Part shown: positions 60,597 through 64,000 of the stretch, in pieces
How positions within the stretch are numbered: the stretch's first letter is position 1
How the letters are laid out: each line of letters begins with the position of its first letter
Source of the DNA: Phoronis australis
Lineage: Eukaryota; Animalia; Phoronida
Assembly: GCA_002633005.1 (NCBI GenBank)
Contig: NMRA01000001.1
Location: forward strand, 963,755 to 1,027,754
Direction: 5' to 3'
DNA length: 64,000 nt
The notes under the pieces: generated by a model
The model's input: the letters and a program-made list of their open reading frames with translations, nothing else
Told to the model about the DNA's origin: nothing
Databases searched by the model: none
Made by a program: the position numbers and the translations under genes

Positions 60597-61865
60597 TTAA
60601 GCAGTTCTCATCACGTCTGGTAATATGACGACTCGAGTGCTTTCACTTGTATGACAGCTGTTGATATGATGCTCGAGAGCAGCTGACGTGAAGAAATGTT
60701 CCGAACAAAACCGACAATTGTAGACGGGGTTTTCCGACATATGCTGGAGTCGGTGGTGACTCTCGAGACTTTGTCCATCTGAGAAAGTCAAATTACACAT
60801 TTTGCAACTGGGATTGTTCAGTAAATTGTAGTATTTCGATAATGAATTTGATGAGTTGGCTAAGGATACTGGTGCGGTAGTCTTTCCAATAGTTGACGAC
60901 GATGGCGGTGACGGTGAGGCTTTCCTAGTAGCGTGCTTGATTTTGTGTTTCCGTAGATAGGCGCGGCGTTTGAATTTCCGTCCACAAGTGTCACATTCGA
61001 AACAAGCTTCAGATGAGTTCGGCGATGCAGGAAGGTCGTTTTCTTTTTTGTTTCCTGCTGGCAGAATCGGTCGATTCGTCGACAACTTGTTGCCATTCAC
61101 GCGCGGTTTGTGCCATCTCCGATGGGAGGCCAAATTCGCTGGACAATTGAAGACCTTGTCACACTCCGGACACCTGTATTCTACATAAGCGATGCGTGAG
61201 CATTTATGCTGGGCTAGCATGAACGCGTCGTCGTAGAGTTCTTTGCACAACATGCAAACGTAGTCGCCAATTTTGTTTTCAATTTTCGCCAGTTCTGAAC
61301 GCGCTTCGGGCGACACGTCAACCCAGTTCAAACTGCTGTCTATATCGCCACTAACGTGACCTTCGTCCTCGCTATCCCCAGAAGGGAGGGGTCGGATGAC
61401 TGTTCCAGACACGGGCGACGTTAAGTCTTCCTCGAATGTTAATTTACGCACAGCTTTTGATTTCTTGTACGAACGAGACTTCTCCATTTCATGGCTTTCT
61501 CGCCTTTTCAAACTCGTTGACAATGCTGTTGGGGAGGTTATCGTGGAACCGTCAGGTGAAGACAGCGTTAGACGATCGAATGTTGAGAAAATAGGCGAAC
61601 CATAAACGGGGGTGACTGAACCTGAACTCGGTGACGACGGTGAGCTGGCCGAAGGTGATGATGCTGATGATGAAGAGTCGCCGTCGAAAACAATGTCCCG
61701 AAACGTTAACGAAGTGGGGCTCATTCCCAAGCCCGAATCAGGTGAGCCTGGATTACGGATTGAAAAGTCATAATCTGAACCGCAATCATTGTGCTCCTCT
61801 TCCGAATTTTTCCGATACGAGTAAGGTACATAATCTCTACGCTTCACCAAGAACCCTCGCGGCAT
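60597..61865 (-). CDS. INSM1: Insulinoma-associated protein 1 (INSM1/nerfin/EGL-46 family) zinc-finger transcription factor, intronless, 422 aa
   Basis: N-terminal SNAG motif MPRGFLVKR (ATG at 61863-61865), KAVRKLTF.ED.TSPVSG, IGDYVCMLCKE.Y.DAF.LAQHKC.RI, EYRCPECDKVFNCPANLASHRRWHKP, plus three further C2H2 fingers. Confidence 0.97.
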   Translation of the reverse strand: MPRGFLVKRRDYVPYSYRKNSEEEHNDCGSDYDFSIRNPGSPDSGLGMSPTSLTFRDIVFDGDSSSSASSPSASSPSSPSSGSVTPVYGSPIFSTFDRLTLSSPDGSTITSPTALSTSLKRRESHEMEKSRSYKKSKAVRKLTFEEDLTSPVSGTVIRPLPSGDSEDEGHVSGDIDSSLNWVDVSPEARSELAKIENKIGDYVCMLCKELYDDAFMLAQHKCSRIAYVEYRCPECDKVFNCPANLASHRRWHKPRVNGNKLSTNRPILPAGNKKENDLPASPNSSEACFECDTCGRKFKRRAYLRKHKIKHATRKASPSPPSSSTIGKTTAPVSLANSSNSLSKYYNLLNNPSCKMCNLTFSDGQSLESHHRLQHMSENPVYNCRFCSEHFFTSAALEHHINSCHTSESTRVVILPDVMRTA

Positions 61866-61990
61866 TTCTGTACAACAGATACGGCTGCTTCTCAAAATGC
61901 TATAAAATCACAGCCGCACAGTGCAATGTGCGCTTGCAGTGTCGAGTAAACATACACACACACTGCGTATCCACAAGTTAATACATGTGC

Positions 61991-62139
61991 TTTTATACCT
62001 GTGACAGATTGTTATTATTAATAATCTGCTTGCATTTAATTTATGCAGGCTCCGCCTCCAGCACGTGCGTCACCTTTGTGTGGCCTGTAACAGCCCGTGA
62101 CTCAGCTGCCGGCGAATGGCTTTGTGTGACGTGACGTCA
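61991..62139 (-). promoter_or_regulatory. Probable INSM1 core/proximal promoter
   Basis: TATAAAA (minus strand, 61991-61997) ~125 bp upstream of the ATG; E-boxes CACGTG (62062) and CAGCTG (62103); AP-1 TGACTCA (62098); CRE TGACGTCA (62132). Confidence 0.6.
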
Positions 62140-64000
62140 CAATAAGGGCACACTCCTGCCATTGATTGATAGCTTGAATATGCCGTGGCGATCGCTGGAG
62201 ATGTGCGCTAGAGAAATAACTTTAGACAAAGCCGTGTTAGATTTACTCACATGTTTAAGGTGTGTGCGGTTAATGATCGTGGTGTTTACCTTCAGAAAAA
62301 CAAAACAAATACTTAAACAAAGACTAACATAGTCGGCTTAAATCAGAGCACACGCGTGCAACAAATGCGAATTAGTTCGAGTGTATATAGTCCACGTGTG
62401 TCGATATTTTCATTACTAGAATAATACGATGACAAAAGAAATGGGGGTATTTCTATTAAGTAGCACATGCATCGTATCAGGAAAATACATTATTATTCAG
62501 CCATTATTTATGTTAACTTTCAATAGAGCTCTATCGGACAAGTGTCGTCGTGTGTTTCAGTCTATAATAGAATTTCCGTAAATCGAAGCTTTTGAATCGT
62601 TGCATTTCTATGGACTTAACGGCTGGCGACAAAATAAAGAAAACTGGTTTCACTTATTATCCCGCCTGACTAGTTTCTCGTGCCGTGCACTTTGGCAGGA
62701 AATTCCACATTGATTTTTACGATGGAAGTCGTTTTTCATTAAGAGCAGTCACCATAATTTTATTATAAAGTTTACAAAATTCCACAGATAAGCTTTAATT
62801 TTAAGAAAATTATGATAAAATATGTTTACTTAGGTGCTCACACGTGATTTTAAAATTTCCAATACATACATTTAGTTGTAATGGAACGCCAGTACGTAAA
62901 TCAGTTCCGCTAGTATCGTAACAACAATGAGCTATAACGGTTACAGTTCATTGCTAAAATTAGCAACTCTAAAAAGTTTCAAAAACTTCCACCGAATTCA
63001 ATTTATTATAACGTTACATATCATAATTCCTTTCGTCCTTTCTGAATGAATTGATTGCCACTGGAATCGCGTGTTAATAGTGATTTATCAAAAACGGATG
63101 GAGGTTTGTAAATACTGCTTTTGAATTATTCCCGTATGGCGGCTGCTGCCAAAGTCCTCGACACCCTGTATGGTTTCACCTCCAGTTTATTACATCGGCC
63201 CTTTTCGCAGGGTCTGTAACACGCCCCCTTCAATTGTCCGTCCGTATGAACAGGACATTTTACCAGCCTTTATTAGCATACAGCTGGCAGCGCACCTTTC
63301 ATTGGCCTGTCTTAGTACTGAGAACGACAAACATTAAGTAACCCAGGGCACGGAATTAATATACACAGTGAATACACGATCGTCCATTAGCAGTTGAAAA
63401 TCTCATGCGAGGTGTTTCTACATAGATGATTACTAATGTTTTAATATTCGCACCGATGATCAGGTTACAGGCCTAATAGGCAACGTGTACCACTTGAGCA
63501 TTCTACTTTGTTTTACCACATTCATTATTAATCACTAGAACCACGCAATGAATGGCGATAATACTAGTAATGCATTGGATCATGCGTATTTTTGTTACTG
63601 ATGAATGACACGGATGTAAGCTACTATAGAGGTCACAAAATGCTGATTAGACTTGCCGTTTTGAAACAATGTGTGCTAGAATTTGTGTCTTGTCTCTATG
63701 AATATTTCAGTGTTTTCAGTAACAGAGTATATTAACTTTTTCAATTTAAATGTTTGTAGTGGCCCTGTTTTAAAGGTTTGTTATCATCAAATAAAACTAA
63801 ATGTGTATTCCTTTTGTCATTCTCAGGTCAAAGTTGAAATTGAAGACTTCCGAGCAATCAAGAGAAAGGGACCTAATCGGTTTTACGGCAGAAAAAACAT
63901 ATTTTGGAATCTTTGTTGGATGGGATCGTCTTGTACTTTGTAGCGTTGACTGGAAACCGCAACAAAATAACAAATTCCGTTTTGTTTTTGTGATTCTGCA

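Noticed and set aside
61866-61895. 10-aa N-terminal extension of INSM1 in the ORF track
   Set aside because: It starts at a non-ATG codon, and the SNAG motif must be at the extreme N-terminus.

Overview
AT-rich animal (bilaterian invertebrate-like) genomic scaffold with assembly gaps. It is not prokaryotic, so most short ORFs in the supplied track are noise. Five credible protein-coding genes: a head-to-tail array of four intronless ADAM10/kuzbanian-like membrane metalloproteases (+ strand, 12.5-43.9 kb), and an intronless INSM1/nerfin-type SNAG + C2H2 zinc-finger gene (- strand, 60.6-61.9 kb). The main novelty is that every ADAM ends in a conserved cytoplasmic module matching the CUE ubiquitin-binding pattern (hydrophobic-FP...x23...LL), which canonical ADAM10/ADAM17 tails lack. 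The array also shows patchwork gene conversion, loss of the cysteine-switch Cys in copy 1, and clustered C/EBP-type sites upstream of copies 3 and 4. Intergenic DNA is rich in transposons: a full-boundary AcademX-like DNA transposon (TAG...CTA ends, AGT target-site duplication) nested in a CR1/L2 LINE, a decayed Crypton-type tyrosine-recombinase element, Penelope-like retroelements in inverted arrangement, several MITE families (one with 5-bp TSDs), and a minimal hammerhead-ribozyme-like motif. All calls are from reading the sequence by eye; no searches were run.
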